DNA of 57,656 bases, from contig JADLIA010000021.1 of assembly GCA_020848515.1 (NCBI GenBank), forward strand, positions 1 to 57,656, written 5' to 3'. The notes beneath the pieces were generated by a model. That model saw nothing but the letters and a program-made list of their open reading frames with translations, did no database searches and was not told the origin of the DNA. Made by a program: the position numbers and the translations under genes. This document shows positions 1 to 9,686 of this stretch, piece by piece. The DNA comes from Rubrivivax sp. Lineage in GTDB: Bacteria; Pseudomonadota; Gammaproteobacteria; Burkholderiales; Burkholderiaceae_C. Each line of letters begins with the position of its first letter. Positions within the stretch are counted from its first letter, which is position 1.

Positions 1-38
1 AGCGTCTTCAGCAGCAGGCGTGCGCGGTCGTCCAACAT
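1..38 (-). CDS. hrcA: Heat-inducible transcription repressor HrcA, N-terminus (runs off window edge)
   Basis: Reverse strand reads MLDDRARLLLKT from CAT at 36-38; typical HrcA start, divergent from nadK-recN as usual in Betaproteobacteria. Confidence 0.8.
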   Translation of the reverse strand, partial: MLDDRARLLLKT

Positions 39-65
39 GCAAAATCATTATGATGTAATTTGCTC

Positions 66-962
66 ATGAGCCTTCACTTCCACCGTGTCGCGCTGGTCGG
101 CAAATACCAGGATGCGGCTTCCGGCAGTGCGCCGGAGTCGACCCGCCAGGTCATCGCCGACATCGCCGGCTTTCTGGTGGAACAGGGCTGCGAGGTGGCG
201 CTGGCCGAGCGCACCGCCGCGTCCACCGGACTGCACCAGTACCCGGTGCTGGACGTGGCGCGGATCGGCACCGACAGCGACCTGGCGGTGGTGGTGGGCG
301 GCGACGGCACCATGCTGGGCATCGGCCGCCAGCTGGCGCCGCACGGCACGCCGCTGATCGGCATCAACCAGGGGCGCCTGGGCTTCGTCACCGACATCCC
401 GCTGGGCGACTACCGCCGCGTGCTGCCCACCATGCTGGCCGGCGGCTACGAGGAGGATTCGCGCAGCCTGATGCACGGCCGGGTCATGCGCGGCAACGAC
501 TGCGTGTTCGAGGCGCTGGCCATGAACGACGTGGTGGTCAACCGCGGCGCCGTGGCCAGCATGGTCGAGCTGCGGGTGGAGGTCAACGGGCGCTTCGTCG
601 CCAACCACCGCGCCGACGGCATCATCGTCGCCACGCCCACCGGCTCCACCGCCTACGCCCTGTCGGCCGGCGGGCCGCTGCTGCACCCCATGGTGCCGGC
701 CTGGGCGCTGGTGCCCATTGCCCCGCACACGCTGTCCAACCGGCCGATCGTGCTGGCCGATTCGGTGGAGATCGCCATCGAGGTGGTCGCGGGGCGCGAC
801 GCCAGCGCCAGCTTCGACATGCAGTCGATCACCTCGCTGCACCACGGCGACCGCATCGTGGTGCGGCGCTCGGACCACCGCATGCGCTTTCTGCACCCCC
901 GGGGCTGGAGCTACTTCGACACCCTGCGCGGCAAGCTGCACTGGAACACCGGAGGCGTCTGA
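66..962 (+). CDS. nadK: NAD kinase
   Basis: GGDGT, GRLGF, ND and [16 protein letters not shown] motifs. Confidence 0.97.
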   Translation: MSLHFHRVALVGKYQDAASGSAPESTRQVIADIAGFLVEQGCEVALAERTAASTGLHQYPVLDVARIGTDSDLAVVVGGDGTMLGIGRQLAPHGTPLIGINQGRLGFVTDIPLGDYRRVLPTMLAGGYEEDSRSLMHGRVMRGNDCVFEALAMNDVVVNRGAVASMVELRVEVNGRFVANHRADGIIVATPTGSTAYALSAGGPLLHPMVPAWALVPIAPHTLSNRPIVLADSVEIAIEVVAGRDASASFDMQSITSLHHGDRIVVRRSDHRMRFLHPRGWSYFDTLRGKLHWNTGGV

Positions 963-965
963 CCC

Positions 966-2669
966 ATGGCACTGCGCCACCTCAGTCTGCGCGACTTCGT
1001 CATCGTCCCGGCGCTGGAGCTGGCGCTCACGGGCGGCTTCACGGCGCTGACCGGCGAGACCGGTGCCGGCAAGTCGATCCTGGTCGACGCGCTGCAGCTG
1101 GTGCTGGGCGGCCGCGGCGACGCCCTGTGGGTGCGCGAGGGCCAGCCGCGCTGCGAAATCGCCGCCGAGTTCGAGCTGCCCGACGCCGCCCGCCCCTGGC
1201 TGGCCGAGCACGGCTTCGACACCGACACCGACGCCCTGCTGCTGCGCCGCGCCATCGACGCCGCCGGCAAGAGCCGGGCCTGGATCAACGGCTCGCCGGC
1301 CACCCTGGCGCAGCTGCGCACGCTGGGCGAATGGCTGGTCGACATCCACGGCCAGCACGCCTGGCAGAGCCTGACGCGAGCGGCCGCCGTGCGCCAGCTG
1401 CTGGACGCCTACGCCGGCATCGACACCGGCCCGCTGGCCACCGCCTGGCAGGCCTGGCGCCAGACCGAGGCCGCGCTGGCGGCCGCGCGCGCCGCGCAGG
1501 ACAGCCTGGCGCAGGAGCGCGAGCGCCTGCTGTGGCAGATCGGCGAACTCGACAAGCTGGCACCCGGCGACGGCGAATGGGACGAGCTGAACCAGCGCCA
1601 CGCCCGCCTGTCACACGCGCAGGCGCTGATCGACGCCGCCCGGGCCGCCGGTACCGCGCTGGAAGGCGACGACGGCGACGGCGGCGCCCTGCCCGCGCTG
1701 ACGCAGGCGCACGACGCGCTGGCCGCGCAGCGCGACATCGAGCCCGAATTCGCCGCCCTGGCCGAGCTGCTCGAGTCGTGCATCGCGCAGGCACGCGACG
1801 CCGCGCACAGCCTGCACGGCTACCTGCGCCGCGCCGACCTGGACCCCGAGCAGCTGGCCGCGCTGGACGAGCGCCTGGGCCAGTGGATGGGCCTGGCGCG
1901 ACGCTTTCGCCGCCCGCCGCAAGAGCTGCACGCGGTGCTGGCGCAGTGGCGCGCCGAACTGGCGGCGCTCGAATCCGCCGCCGATCTGGCGCAACTGCAG
2001 GCCCGGGCCGACGCGGCCCAGCAGGCGTTGCAGCAGGCCGCGCGCGCCGTCTCGCGCCAGCGCGACCAGGCCGCGCCACGCCTGGCCACCGCCGTCACCG
2101 AGGCCATGCAGGCGCTGGGCATGGCGGGCGGGCGCTTCGAGGTGCAACTCGACAAGCTCGCCGAGCCGGCTCCGCACGGTCTGGAAAACGTGGCTTTCCT
2201 GGTCGCAGCGCACGCCGGATCAGCGCCAAGAGCTATTGAAAGAGTAGCATCCGGGGGTGAACTGTCGCGCCTGGCACTGGCCATCGCCGTCACCACCAGC
2301 CAGCTGGGCACGGCCGGCACGCTGGTGTTCGACGAGGTAGACGCCGGCGTCGGCGGCGCCGTGGCGGCCACGGTGGGCCGCCTGCTGCAGCGCCTGGGTC
2401 GCGACCGCCAGGTGCTGTGCGTCACCCACCTGCCGCAGGTGGCGGCCTGCGCCGACCAGCACCTGCAGGTCAGCAAGCAGGCCGCCGGCGACGCGGCGCC
2501 GACCAGCCAGGTGGCGCCGATCAGCGGCGAGGCGCGCACGCGCGAGATCGCCCGCATGCTGGGCGGCGAGCGCCTGTCCGACGCCACGCTGGCCCATGCA
2601 CGGGAAATGCTGGCGCCGCCGGCCGCCGCACCGGCCGCGGCGGGTGGTACGCGAAAGGCGCGCGCGTGA
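966..2669 (+). CDS. recN: DNA repair protein RecN
   Basis: Walker [19 protein letters not shown] signature, [19 protein letters not shown]. Confidence 0.98.
   Translation: MALRHLSLRDFVIVPALELALTGGFTALTGETGAGKSILVDALQLVLGGRGDALWVREGQPRCEIAAEFELPDAARPWLAEHGFDTDTDALLLRRAIDAAGKSRAWINGSPATLAQLRTLGEWLVDIHGQHAWQSLTRAAAVRQLLDAYAGIDTGPLATAWQAWRQTEAALAAARAAQDSLAQERERLLWQIGELDKLAPGDGEWDELNQRHARLSHAQALIDAARAAGTALEGDDGDGGALPALTQAHDALAAQRDIEPEFAALAELLESCIAQARDAAHSLHGYLRRADLDPEQLAALDERLGQWMGLARRFRRPPQELHAVLAQWRAELAALESAADLAQLQARADAAQQALQQAARAVSRQRDQAAPRLATAVTEAMQALGMAGGRFEVQLDKLAEPAPHGLENVAFLVAAHAGSAPRAIERVASGGELSRLALAIAVTTSQLGTAGTLVFDEVDAGVGGAVAATVGRLLQRLGRDRQVLCVTHLPQVAACADQHLQVSKQAAGDAAPTSQVAPISGEARTREIARMLGGERLSDATLAHAREMLAPPAAAPAAAGGTRKARA
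2208..2248 (+). repeat. Dispersed 41-bp motif copy 1 (inside recN)
   Basis: GCGC acgccggatca GCGC caaga GCTA ttgaaagag TAGC. Confidence 0.85.
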
Positions 2670-3571
2670 TACCCGCCCCGCCCCCGGCGGCCGCCGCCGA
2701 GCCGCCCACCGGCACCGAGCTGGTGGTGATCACCGGCATGTCCGGCTCCGGCAAGTCGATCGCGCTGCGCGCGCTGGAGGACGCCGGCTACTACTGCGTC
2801 GACAACCTGCCGCCCGAGCTGCTGCGCCCCTTCATCGCGCTGGAAGACCGGCGCCAGGCGCGCCGCCTGGCCATCGCCATGGACGCGCGCAGCGGCGAAT
2901 CGCTGCCACAGCTGCCGCCGCTGCTCGACGGCCTGGCCGAGCAGGGCGTGCACCTGCGCCAGATCTTCCTGGAGGCCAACGACCACACCCTGGTGCGACG
3001 GTTTTCCGAGACCCGGCGACGCCACCCGCTGTCACAGGCCGACGAAGGCGACGTGCAGCAGGCGCTGCTGCAGGCGATCGCGCGCGAGCGCGAGCAGATG
3101 GCCGACCTGCGCGAGCGCTCGCTGGTGATCGACACCAGCGTGCTGCTGCCCTCGCAGCTGCTGGCCAGCGTCAAGGCCTTGATCGCCGCGCCGCTGGCGC
3201 ACCTGACGCTGGTGTTCGAATCCTTCGCCTTCAAGCGCGGCATCACGCTGGACGCCGACTACGTGTTCGACGTGCGCATGCTGCCCAACCCGTATTACGT
3301 GACCGAGTTGCGCCCGCTCACCGGGCGCGACCGGCCGGTGATCGACTACCTGGCGCGGCAGCCCGACGTGCAGCGCATGCAGGATCAGATCGCCGGCTTT
3401 CTGCGCGCCTGGCTGCCGGCGCTGGTGCATGACCACCGCAGCTACGTCACCGTGGCCATCGGCTGCACCGGCGGTCAGCACCGCTCGGTGTACCTGGTGG
3501 AGCAACTGGCGGCCCAGCTCGGGCAGGACTGGACCACGCTGCGCCGCCACCGCGAGCTGGACGGGCTGTAG
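2666..3571 (+). CDS. rapZ: RNase adapter / P-loop protein RapZ (YhbJ)
   Basis: [36 protein letters not shown]; GTG start overlaps recN stop (GTGA). Confidence 0.95.
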   Translation: MIPAPPPAAAAEPPTGTELVVITGMSGSGKSIALRALEDAGYYCVDNLPPELLRPFIALEDRRQARRLAIAMDARSGESLPQLPPLLDGLAEQGVHLRQIFLEANDHTLVRRFSETRRRHPLSQADEGDVQQALLQAIAREREQMADLRERSLVIDTSVLLPSQLLASVKALIAAPLAHLTLVFESFAFKRGITLDADYVFDVRMLPNPYYVTELRPLTGRDRPVIDYLARQPDVQRMQDQIAGFLRAWLPALVHDHRSYVTVAIGCTGGQHRSVYLVEQLAAQLGQDWTTLRRHRELDGL

Positions 3572-3591
3572 CGGCAGTAAAACACGTTCCA

Positions 3592-3632
3592 GCGCCCGTC
3601 TGGCAAGCGCAAGCAGCTACCAAAGTTGCAGC
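3592..3632 (+). repeat. Dispersed 41-bp motif copy 2 (intergenic, convergent genes)
   Basis: GCGC ccgtctggcaa GCGC aagca GCTA ccaaagttg CAGC. Confidence 0.88.
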
Positions 3633-3659
3633 TAGCGGAGGCCTGGAATCGCGCCGGCC

Positions 3660-4466
3660 TCAGGCGGCCAGGAAGTCGCGCAGCGCGTCCAGCACCTCGC
3701 CCGGCGCTTCGGTCATCAGCGCGTGGCCGGCCTCGACCTCCACCACCCTGGCCTGGCGCGCGTGCGCGGCCAGGGCGCGCGCGGCGCGCGGCGGGGTCAT
3801 CTGGTCGTGGCGGCCCACCAGAAACAGCGTCGGGCACTGCACCGCCGCCATCGCCTGCTCGCCGCCGGCGTAGCGGTCGCAGGCCTGAAAGCCGGTGTGG
3901 AACACGTTGACCGCCGGGTTGCTGGCCAGCACGCGCCGCATCAGGGCGCGCGAGCTGCCGTACAGCCAGGTGCCCGGCCCCAGGGCCGAGGGCGGCGGAC
4001 ACAGCGTGCTGTGCGAGAACACGTTGACCATGTGGATGGCCTGCTCGGGCGCGCTGACCGAGGCTTCCAGCAGCGCGGGCGAGACCTTCATCGGAAAGGC
4101 CGTGCCCACCAGCACCAGGTGGCTGACCTGCGCCGGCGCGCGCGCGGCGGCCTCCAGCGCGACCAGCGAGCCGAAGCTGTGGCCCACCAGCGCCGCGCGC
4201 GCCACGCCGGCCGCGCGCAGCAGGGCCAGCACGCCGTCGGCCGCCTGCTCCACCGATGCGGGTGGCTGGCCGCCGCTGCGCCCGTGGCCGGGCAGGTCGA
4301 TGGCCAGCACGTTCCAGCCGTGGTGCGCCAGGTGGCGTGACTGCAGGATCCACACGCTGTGGTCGTTGAGCACGCCGTGGATGAACACCACGGTTGGTCG
4401 CGCCGCATCGAAGGGCCGGCCGCCGGTGTAGGCGTATAGGGGTGCGCCGTGGACGTCGATGAACAT
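3660..4466 (-). CDS. Alpha/beta fold hydrolase
   Basis: FIHG oxyanion motif, DLPGHGRS, GHSFG nucleophile elbow, C-terminal AGH. Confidence 0.92.
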   Translation of the reverse strand: MFIDVHGAPLYAYTGGRPFDAARPTVVFIHGVLNDHSVWILQSRHLAHHGWNVLAIDLPGHGRSGGQPPASVEQAADGVLALLRAAGVARAALVGHSFGSLVALEAAARAPAQVSHLVLVGTAFPMKVSPALLEASVSAPEQAIHMVNVFSHSTLCPPPSALGPGTWLYGSSRALMRRVLASNPAVNVFHTGFQACDRYAGGEQAMAAVQCPTLFLVGRHDQMTPPRAARALAAHARQARVVEVEAGHALMTEAPGEVLDALRDFLAA

Positions 4467-4468
4467 GC

Positions 4469-5779
4469 TCAGGCCCCCGCTTTCTCGGCCGCCTTCAGCG
4501 CCCGCTTCAGGTCGTCGATCAAATCCCGCGGATCTTCCAGCCCGATCGACAGGCGGATGGTGCCCGGCCCGATGCCGGCGGCCGCCAGCGCCTCGTCGTT
4601 CATGCGGAAATGGGTGGTGCTGGCCGGGTGAATCACCAGGCTGCGGCAGTCGCCCACGTTAGCCAGGTGGCTGAACAGCTTGAGCGTGTCGATGAACGCC
4701 TTGCCCTGCGCGCGTGAACCCTTGATGTCGAAGCTGAACACGCTGCCGGCGCCGCGCGCGCCGTGCTTGAGCAGCCGCTGGGCCAGCGCGTGGCTGGGGT
4801 GCGATGCGAGCAGCGGATGACCGACGCGCGCCACGAACGGGTGCTCGGCCAGGAAACGCACCACCTGCTCGGTGTTGGCGATGTGCCGCTCCATGCGCAG
4901 CGGCAGGGTCTCGATGCCCTGCAGGATCAGCCAGGCGCTGTGCGGCGACAGCGCGGCGCCGAAGTCGCGCAGGCCCTCGCGCCGCGCGCGCAGCAGAAAG
5001 GCGCCGACGGTGCTTTCTTCCGCAAACACCATGCCGTGAAACCCCTCGTAGGGCGTGGTCAGCTCAGGAAAACGGCCCGAGCGGTCCCAGTCGAAGCTGC
5101 CGCCATCGACCAGCACGCCGCCGATCACCGTGCCGTGGCCGGACAGGAACTTGGTGGCCGAGTGGTAGACCAGGTCGGCGCCGTGCTCCAGCGGCTTGAG
5201 CAGGTAGGGCGTGGTGAAGGTCGAATCGACCAGCAGTGGCACGCCGGCCGCGTGCGCGATCTGCGCCACGGCGGGGATGTCCAGCACCTCCAGCCCCGGG
5301 TTGCCCAGGGTCTCGCCCAGCAGCAGGCGCGTGTTGGGGCGGATGGCGGCGCGCCAGCCGTCCAGATCGCCCGGCCGCACGAAGCTGGTTTCGATGCCGA
5401 AGCGCCGCAGCGTGTAGTGCAGCAGGTTCTGGCTGCCGCCGTACAGCGCGCTGCTGGCGACGATGTGGCCGCCGGCGCCCATCAGGGTGACGATGGCCAG
5501 GTGCAGCGCGGCCTGCCCGCTGGCGGTGGCGATGGCGCCGATGCCGCCCTCCAGCGCCGCCACCCGCTGCTCCAGCACCGCGTTGGTGGGGTTGCTGATG
5601 CGGCTGTAGACGTGGCCGGCGCGCTCCATGTTGAAGAGCTGGGCGGCGTGGTCGCTGGAGTCGAACACGAACGAGGTGCTCAGGTGGATCGGCACGGCGC
5701 GCGCGCCGGTGGCGGGGTCGGGCCGCGCGCCCGCGTGCACCGCGAGCGTGTCGAAACCGGGGTCGGCGTAGCCGGGCAT
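4469..5779 (-). CDS. metY: O-acetylhomoserine aminocarboxypropyltransferase (Cys/Met metabolism PLP enzyme)
   Basis: YSRISNPT, ASGQAA, HSATKFLSGHG PLP lysine, HLANVGD, HPASTTH. Confidence 0.88.
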   Translation of the reverse strand: MPGYADPGFDTLAVHAGARPDPATGARAVPIHLSTSFVFDSSDHAAQLFNMERAGHVYSRISNPTNAVLEQRVAALEGGIGAIATASGQAALHLAIVTLMGAGGHIVASSALYGGSQNLLHYTLRRFGIETSFVRPGDLDGWRAAIRPNTRLLLGETLGNPGLEVLDIPAVAQIAHAAGVPLLVDSTFTTPYLLKPLEHGADLVYHSATKFLSGHGTVIGGVLVDGGSFDWDRSGRFPELTTPYEGFHGMVFAEESTVGAFLLRARREGLRDFGAALSPHSAWLILQGIETLPLRMERHIANTEQVVRFLAEHPFVARVGHPLLASHPSHALAQRLLKHGARGAGSVFSFDIKGSRAQGKAFIDTLKLFSHLANVGDCRSLVIHPASTTHFRMNDEALAAAGIGPGTIRLSIGLEDPRDLIDDLKRALKAAEKAGA

Positions 5780-5888
5780 GGGGTCTCCTGGTCAGGGGGC
5801 AAGGGGTGCGGCGCGCGGGCCGGGCCGCGCCGTATTGTGGGCTATATTCCTGCGACGCCGGCCCGCCGGCGCCACCGAAAGCCACGCC

Positions 5889-6356
5889 ATGAGAGTCCGC
5901 GACATCCTGCGCCTGAAGGGCAACGCCCTCTACACCATCACGCCCGAAGACAGCCTGGCCGACGCCGCGCAGGCCATGGCCGACCGTGACATCGGCTCGC
6001 TGGTGGTGATGTCGCACGAGCGCGTGGTGGGCATGCTGACCTTCCGCGAAGTGATCCAGGCCACGGTGAAGAACGGTGGCTCGCTGGCCGGCCTGTCGGT
6101 GTACCGCAGCATGGACCCGGGGCCGCTGATCTGCACCCTGGAGACCGAGCTGGACGAGGTGCGCCGCATGATGCTGGAGCACCACACGCGCTACCTGCCG
6201 GTGATCGACAACCGCCAGCTGATGGGCGTGATCAGCTTCTACGACGTGGCCAAGGCGGTGGTAGACGCGCAGGACTTCGAAAACCAGATGCTCAAGGCCT
6301 ACATCCGCGACTGGCCCGAGGAAGACGCCGCGCCGGCCGCCACCGAGCGCGCCTGA
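5889..6356 (+). CDS. CBS domain-containing protein
   Basis: Tandem CBS pattern (IGSLVV...VGMLTFRE; RYLPVID...LMGVIS). Confidence 0.9.
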   Translation: MRVRDILRLKGNALYTITPEDSLADAAQAMADRDIGSLVVMSHERVVGMLTFREVIQATVKNGGSLAGLSVYRSMDPGPLICTLETELDEVRRMMLEHHTRYLPVIDNRQLMGVISFYDVAKAVVDAQDFENQMLKAYIRDWPEEDAAPAATERA

Positions 6357-6368
6357 GGCGCCTCGGTT

Positions 6369-6409
6369 GCTGCGTTTTCAGGAGCATCCGGCGCTTGCTG
6401 CGCCAAGGT
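6369..6409 (-). repeat. Dispersed 41-bp motif copy 3 (intergenic, first GCGC degenerate)
   Basis: Minus strand: ...gcagcaa GCGC cggat GCTC ctgaaaacg CAGC. Confidence 0.7.
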
Positions 6410-6489
6410 TTCTGGCCTTTGTCACCATGAATCCGGGGGTCTGACGGCCGGCCCGGCCGACGCCACGCCAGCGGCGATAATGGCGCCCC

Positions 6490-7554
6490 ATGAGCGGCAA
6501 CACCCTCGGCACTCTGTTTGCCGTCACGAATTTCGGTGAATCCCACGGCCCGGCCATCGGCTGCGTGATCGACGGCTGCCCGCCCGGCCTGGCGCTGTCG
6601 GAGGCCGACATCCAGCCCGAGCTGGACCGGCGCCGCCCCGGCAGCAGCAAGTTCGTCACCCAGCGGCAGGAGCCCGACCAGGTGGAGATCCTGTCCGGCG
6701 TCTACCAGGGCCACACCACCGGCACGCCGATCTGCCTGCTGATCCGCAACCAGGACCAGCGCAGCAAGGACTACGGCGACATCGCGCAAAGCTTTCGCCC
6801 CGGTCACGCCGACTACACCTACTGGAAGAAGTACGGCCTGCGCGACCCGCGCGGCGGCGGCCGATCCTCGGCACGCCTGACCGCGCCCACCGTGGCCGCC
6901 GGCGCGGTGGCACGCAAGTGGCTGCGCGAGCAGTGCGGCACCAGCTTTGCCGGCTGCATGACGCACCTGGGCGAGCTGGCCATCGGCTTCGAGGACTGGG
7001 CGCATGTGCCGCGCAACCCGTTCTTCGCCCCGGTGGCCGACGTGTCGGCGCTGGAGGACCACATGAACGCGCTGCGCAAGGCGGGCGACTCGTGCGGCGC
7101 GCGCCTGCGCGTGGTGGCGCGCGGCGTGCCGGTGGGGCTGGGTCAGCCGATCTACGACCGGCTGGACGCCGACATCGCCAAGGCCATGATGGGGCTGAAC
7201 GCCGTCAAGGGGGTGGAGATCGGCGACGGCTTTGCCAGCGTGGCGCACCGCGGCAGCCAGCACGGCGACTCGCCGCTGCCCGGCGGCGGCTTTGCCAGCA
7301 ACCACGACGGCGGCGTGCTGGGCGGCATCAGCAACGGTCAGGACATCGAGGTCGCGGTGGCGATCAAGCCGACCAGCTCGATCCTGGTGCCGCGCGCCTC
7401 TGTCAACCTGGCGGACGAGCCGGTGGAAGTCATCACCAAGGGCCGCCACGACCCCTGCGTCGGCATCCGCGCCACGCCCATTCTGGAAGCGCTGCTGGCG
7501 CTGGTGGTGATGGACCACGCGCTGCGCCAGCGCGCCCAGTGTGGCCGTCTTTAG
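6490..7554 (+). CDS. aroC: Chorismate synthase
   Basis: [32 protein letters not shown]. Confidence 0.98.
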   Translation: MSGNTLGTLFAVTNFGESHGPAIGCVIDGCPPGLALSEADIQPELDRRRPGSSKFVTQRQEPDQVEILSGVYQGHTTGTPICLLIRNQDQRSKDYGDIAQSFRPGHADYTYWKKYGLRDPRGGGRSSARLTAPTVAAGAVARKWLREQCGTSFAGCMTHLGELAIGFEDWAHVPRNPFFAPVADVSALEDHMNALRKAGDSCGARLRVVARGVPVGLGQPIYDRLDADIAKAMMGLNAVKGVEIGDGFASVAHRGSQHGDSPLPGGGFASNHDGGVLGGISNGQDIEVAVAIKPTSSILVPRASVNLADEPVEVITKGRHDPCVGIRATPILEALLALVVMDHALRQRAQCGRL

Positions 7555-7572
7555 GCATCAAACAAGGCTCCA

Positions 7573-7613
7573 GCGCTTGACTGGAAAGCGCAAGCAGCTA
7601 TTGAATGAATAGC
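7573..7613 (+). repeat. Dispersed 41-bp motif copy 4 (intergenic)
   Basis: ttaggcatcaaacaaggctcca GCGC ttgactggaaa GCGC aagca GCTA ttgaatgaa TAGC. Confidence 0.92.
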
Positions 7614-7618
7614 ACCTC

Positions 7619-9034
7619 GTGATCCCCATCCCGGCCCCCGCCCCGGACCCGGCCAGCCGCGCCGACTGGACCGAGGCACGCCAGCTCGCCATCCTGATGG
7701 ACGGCTGGCCGGGCACCCAGCTGGCGGTGCTGGCGCTGTGGGCGCTGCTGGGCGGGCTGCTGCTGCTGCACGCGCCCGGCCTGCGCACCGGCCTGTGGCT
7801 GGGCGCCGCCCTGCTGGTGATGGCGCCGGGCTGGCGCGGCTGGCGCAGCTACCGGCAGCGGCTGGCCTGGGCGCCGCTGGCCGAACAGCGGCTGCGCCTG
7901 CGCCGCCAGCGCGCCAGCTGGCTGGTGCAGGCGCTGGTCTGGGGCATGGCGCCGCTGTGCTTTGCCCAGCGCGTGGCGCCGGAGGTGGAGGCCATGTGCT
8001 GGGCGCTGACGCTGGGCACGGGGGTGCTGCTGGTGTCGTGGTCGTCGGCGCACCGGCGGCTGGCACAGGGTCTGGCCAGCGTGCTGGTGGCGGCCCTGCT
8101 GGCCAGCCTGTGGCTGCGCCTGAGCGGCTCGCCGCTGCGCGCCGACCTGCGCGGCCTGTGGTGGCAGGCGCTGTTGCTGCTGGTGTATGCCGCCATCCTG
8201 TGGCGCATCATCGGCAGCCAGCACCAGCGGGTGGCCGAAGGCATCGAGCTGAGCCTGCGCAACGCGCGCCTGATCGAGTCGCTGCGCGAGCAGACCCGCG
8301 TGGCGCAGGAGGCGGCACGCTTTCGCACCCGCTTTCTGGCGGGGGCGGCGCACGACCTGAAGCAGCCGGTCAACGCCGTCGGCCTGTACGCCGACTGGCT
8401 GAGCAACGAACCCGAGCTGGTCGATGAGCTGGCGCCCAAGATCCTGCAATCGACCCTGGCCATCCATAGCCTGTTCGACTCGCTGTTCGACTGGGTGCGG
8501 CTGGACGCCGGCCATTACGAGCTGCGCGAGCGCGAGGTCGCCATCCGTCCCCTGCTGTCGGACCTGGAGGTGCAGTTCGGCCCCGAAGCCCGGCTCAAGG
8601 GGCTGCGGCTGCGCGTGCGCCCGGCCGACGTGGTGCTGCGCACCGACCCGGTGATGCTGCGCCGCGTGATCGGCAACCTGCTGGCCAACGCCATCCGCTA
8701 CACCGCGCGCGGCGGCGTGCTGCTGGCGGCGCGCGCGCGCCCCGACGGGGTCAGCCTGGAGGTGTGGGACACCGGCATCGGCATCGCCCAGAGCGAGCTG
8801 GAACAGATCTTCGGCGAGTTCTACAAGGTGCCCACCAGCGGCACCGAAGACGGCTTCGGCCTGGGCCTGTCGATCGTGCAGGCGCTGGCCGAGCGGCTGG
8901 GCTACCGCGTCACGGTGCGCTCGCGGCCCGGGCGCGGGACCGTGTTCCGCGTCTGGGTGCCGGCGCCGGCGGGGCTCAGGAACTCAGCAGGCCGTGCGTG
9001 CGAGCGAAGTGCAGGGTCTGGGTCCGGCTCTTGA
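7619..9034 (+). CDS. Membrane-bound sensor histidine kinase
   Basis: Multiple N-terminal TM segments, H-box AHDLKQP, N-box NLLANAIRY, DTGIGI, GLGLSIV. Confidence 0.93.
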   Translation: MIPIPAPAPDPASRADWTEARQLAILMDGWPGTQLAVLALWALLGGLLLLHAPGLRTGLWLGAALLVMAPGWRGWRSYRQRLAWAPLAEQRLRLRRQRASWLVQALVWGMAPLCFAQRVAPEVEAMCWALTLGTGVLLVSWSSAHRRLAQGLASVLVAALLASLWLRLSGSPLRADLRGLWWQALLLLVYAAILWRIIGSQHQRVAEGIELSLRNARLIESLREQTRVAQEAARFRTRFLAGAAHDLKQPVNAVGLYADWLSNEPELVDELAPKILQSTLAIHSLFDSLFDWVRLDAGHYELREREVAIRPLLSDLEVQFGPEARLKGLRLRVRPADVVLRTDPVMLRRVIGNLLANAIRYTARGGVLLAARARPDGVSLEVWDTGIGIAQSELEQIFGEFYKVPTSGTEDGFGLGLSIVQALAERLGYRVTVRSRPGRGTVFRVWVPAPAGLRNSAGRACERSAGSGSGS

Positions 9035-9581
9035 CGCCCAGGCGGCGAAACAGCCGCCACAGATGCACCTTGACGGTGTGCTCGCTGATGCCCAGGCGCT
9101 CGGCGATGTCGCGGTTGGACAGCCCTTCGTCCAGCATCACGATGAGCTGTTTCTGGCGCTTGGACAGTTTGGTTTCGGTCTGGCTGTCGCCGTATTCGAG
9201 GTCGGCGAACTCGCTGTCACCCTGCAGCATGGCGCGCAGGGCGGCGCCGATTTCGCTGGCGCCGGCCGACTTCTCGATGTAGACGTCGGCACCGGCCTCG
9301 GTGCACCACTCCTCCACATCGGCGGCGGGCGTGGCGGAGATCACCGCCAGCGGCACGTCGGGGTACAGGCGCTTGAGCAGCTTGACGCCCGAAATGCCCA
9401 CGGTGTCGGGCAGTTTCAGATCCAGGCAGAACAGCTCGGGCGCGCCGCGGGTTTCCACCGCACGCTCCAGATCCGACAGCTGCGACAGCTCGACCACCTC
9501 CGAACCCGGTCGAATGCGCCGCAGCAGCATCACCACCGCCTCGCGCATGAGGGGATGGTCGTCGATGACATAGATCGCCAC
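8976..9581 (-). CDS. NarL/LuxR-family response regulator
   Basis: DDHP receiver start, LDLKLP, HTH LSNRDIAERLGISEHTVKVH; AGGAG RBS before GTG. Confidence 0.95.
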   Translation of the reverse strand: MAIYVIDDHPLMREAVVMLLRRIRPGSEVVELSQLSDLERAVETRGAPELFCLDLKLPDTVGISGVKLLKRLYPDVPLAVISATPAADVEEWCTEAGADVYIEKSAGASEIGAALRAMLQGDSEFADLEYGDSQTETKLSKRQKQLIVMLDEGLSNRDIAERLGISEHTVKVHLWRLFRRLGVKSRTQTLHFARTHGLLSS

Positions 9582-9686
9582 GATCGCTGCTCCTAAACCT
9601 TTTTGTGTATAGGTTGCGATTGTGCACCAGTCCGCCCGCCGATGCGAGCAGGCGGGGCGCCAGGCCCGTGCGCCCGGCGCAGCGGA

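Noticed and set aside
39-65. Possible CIRCE operator next to hrcA
   Set aside because: GCAAA...TTTGC dyad does not match TTAGCACTC-N9-GAGTGCTAA; better explained as overlapping -10 elements.
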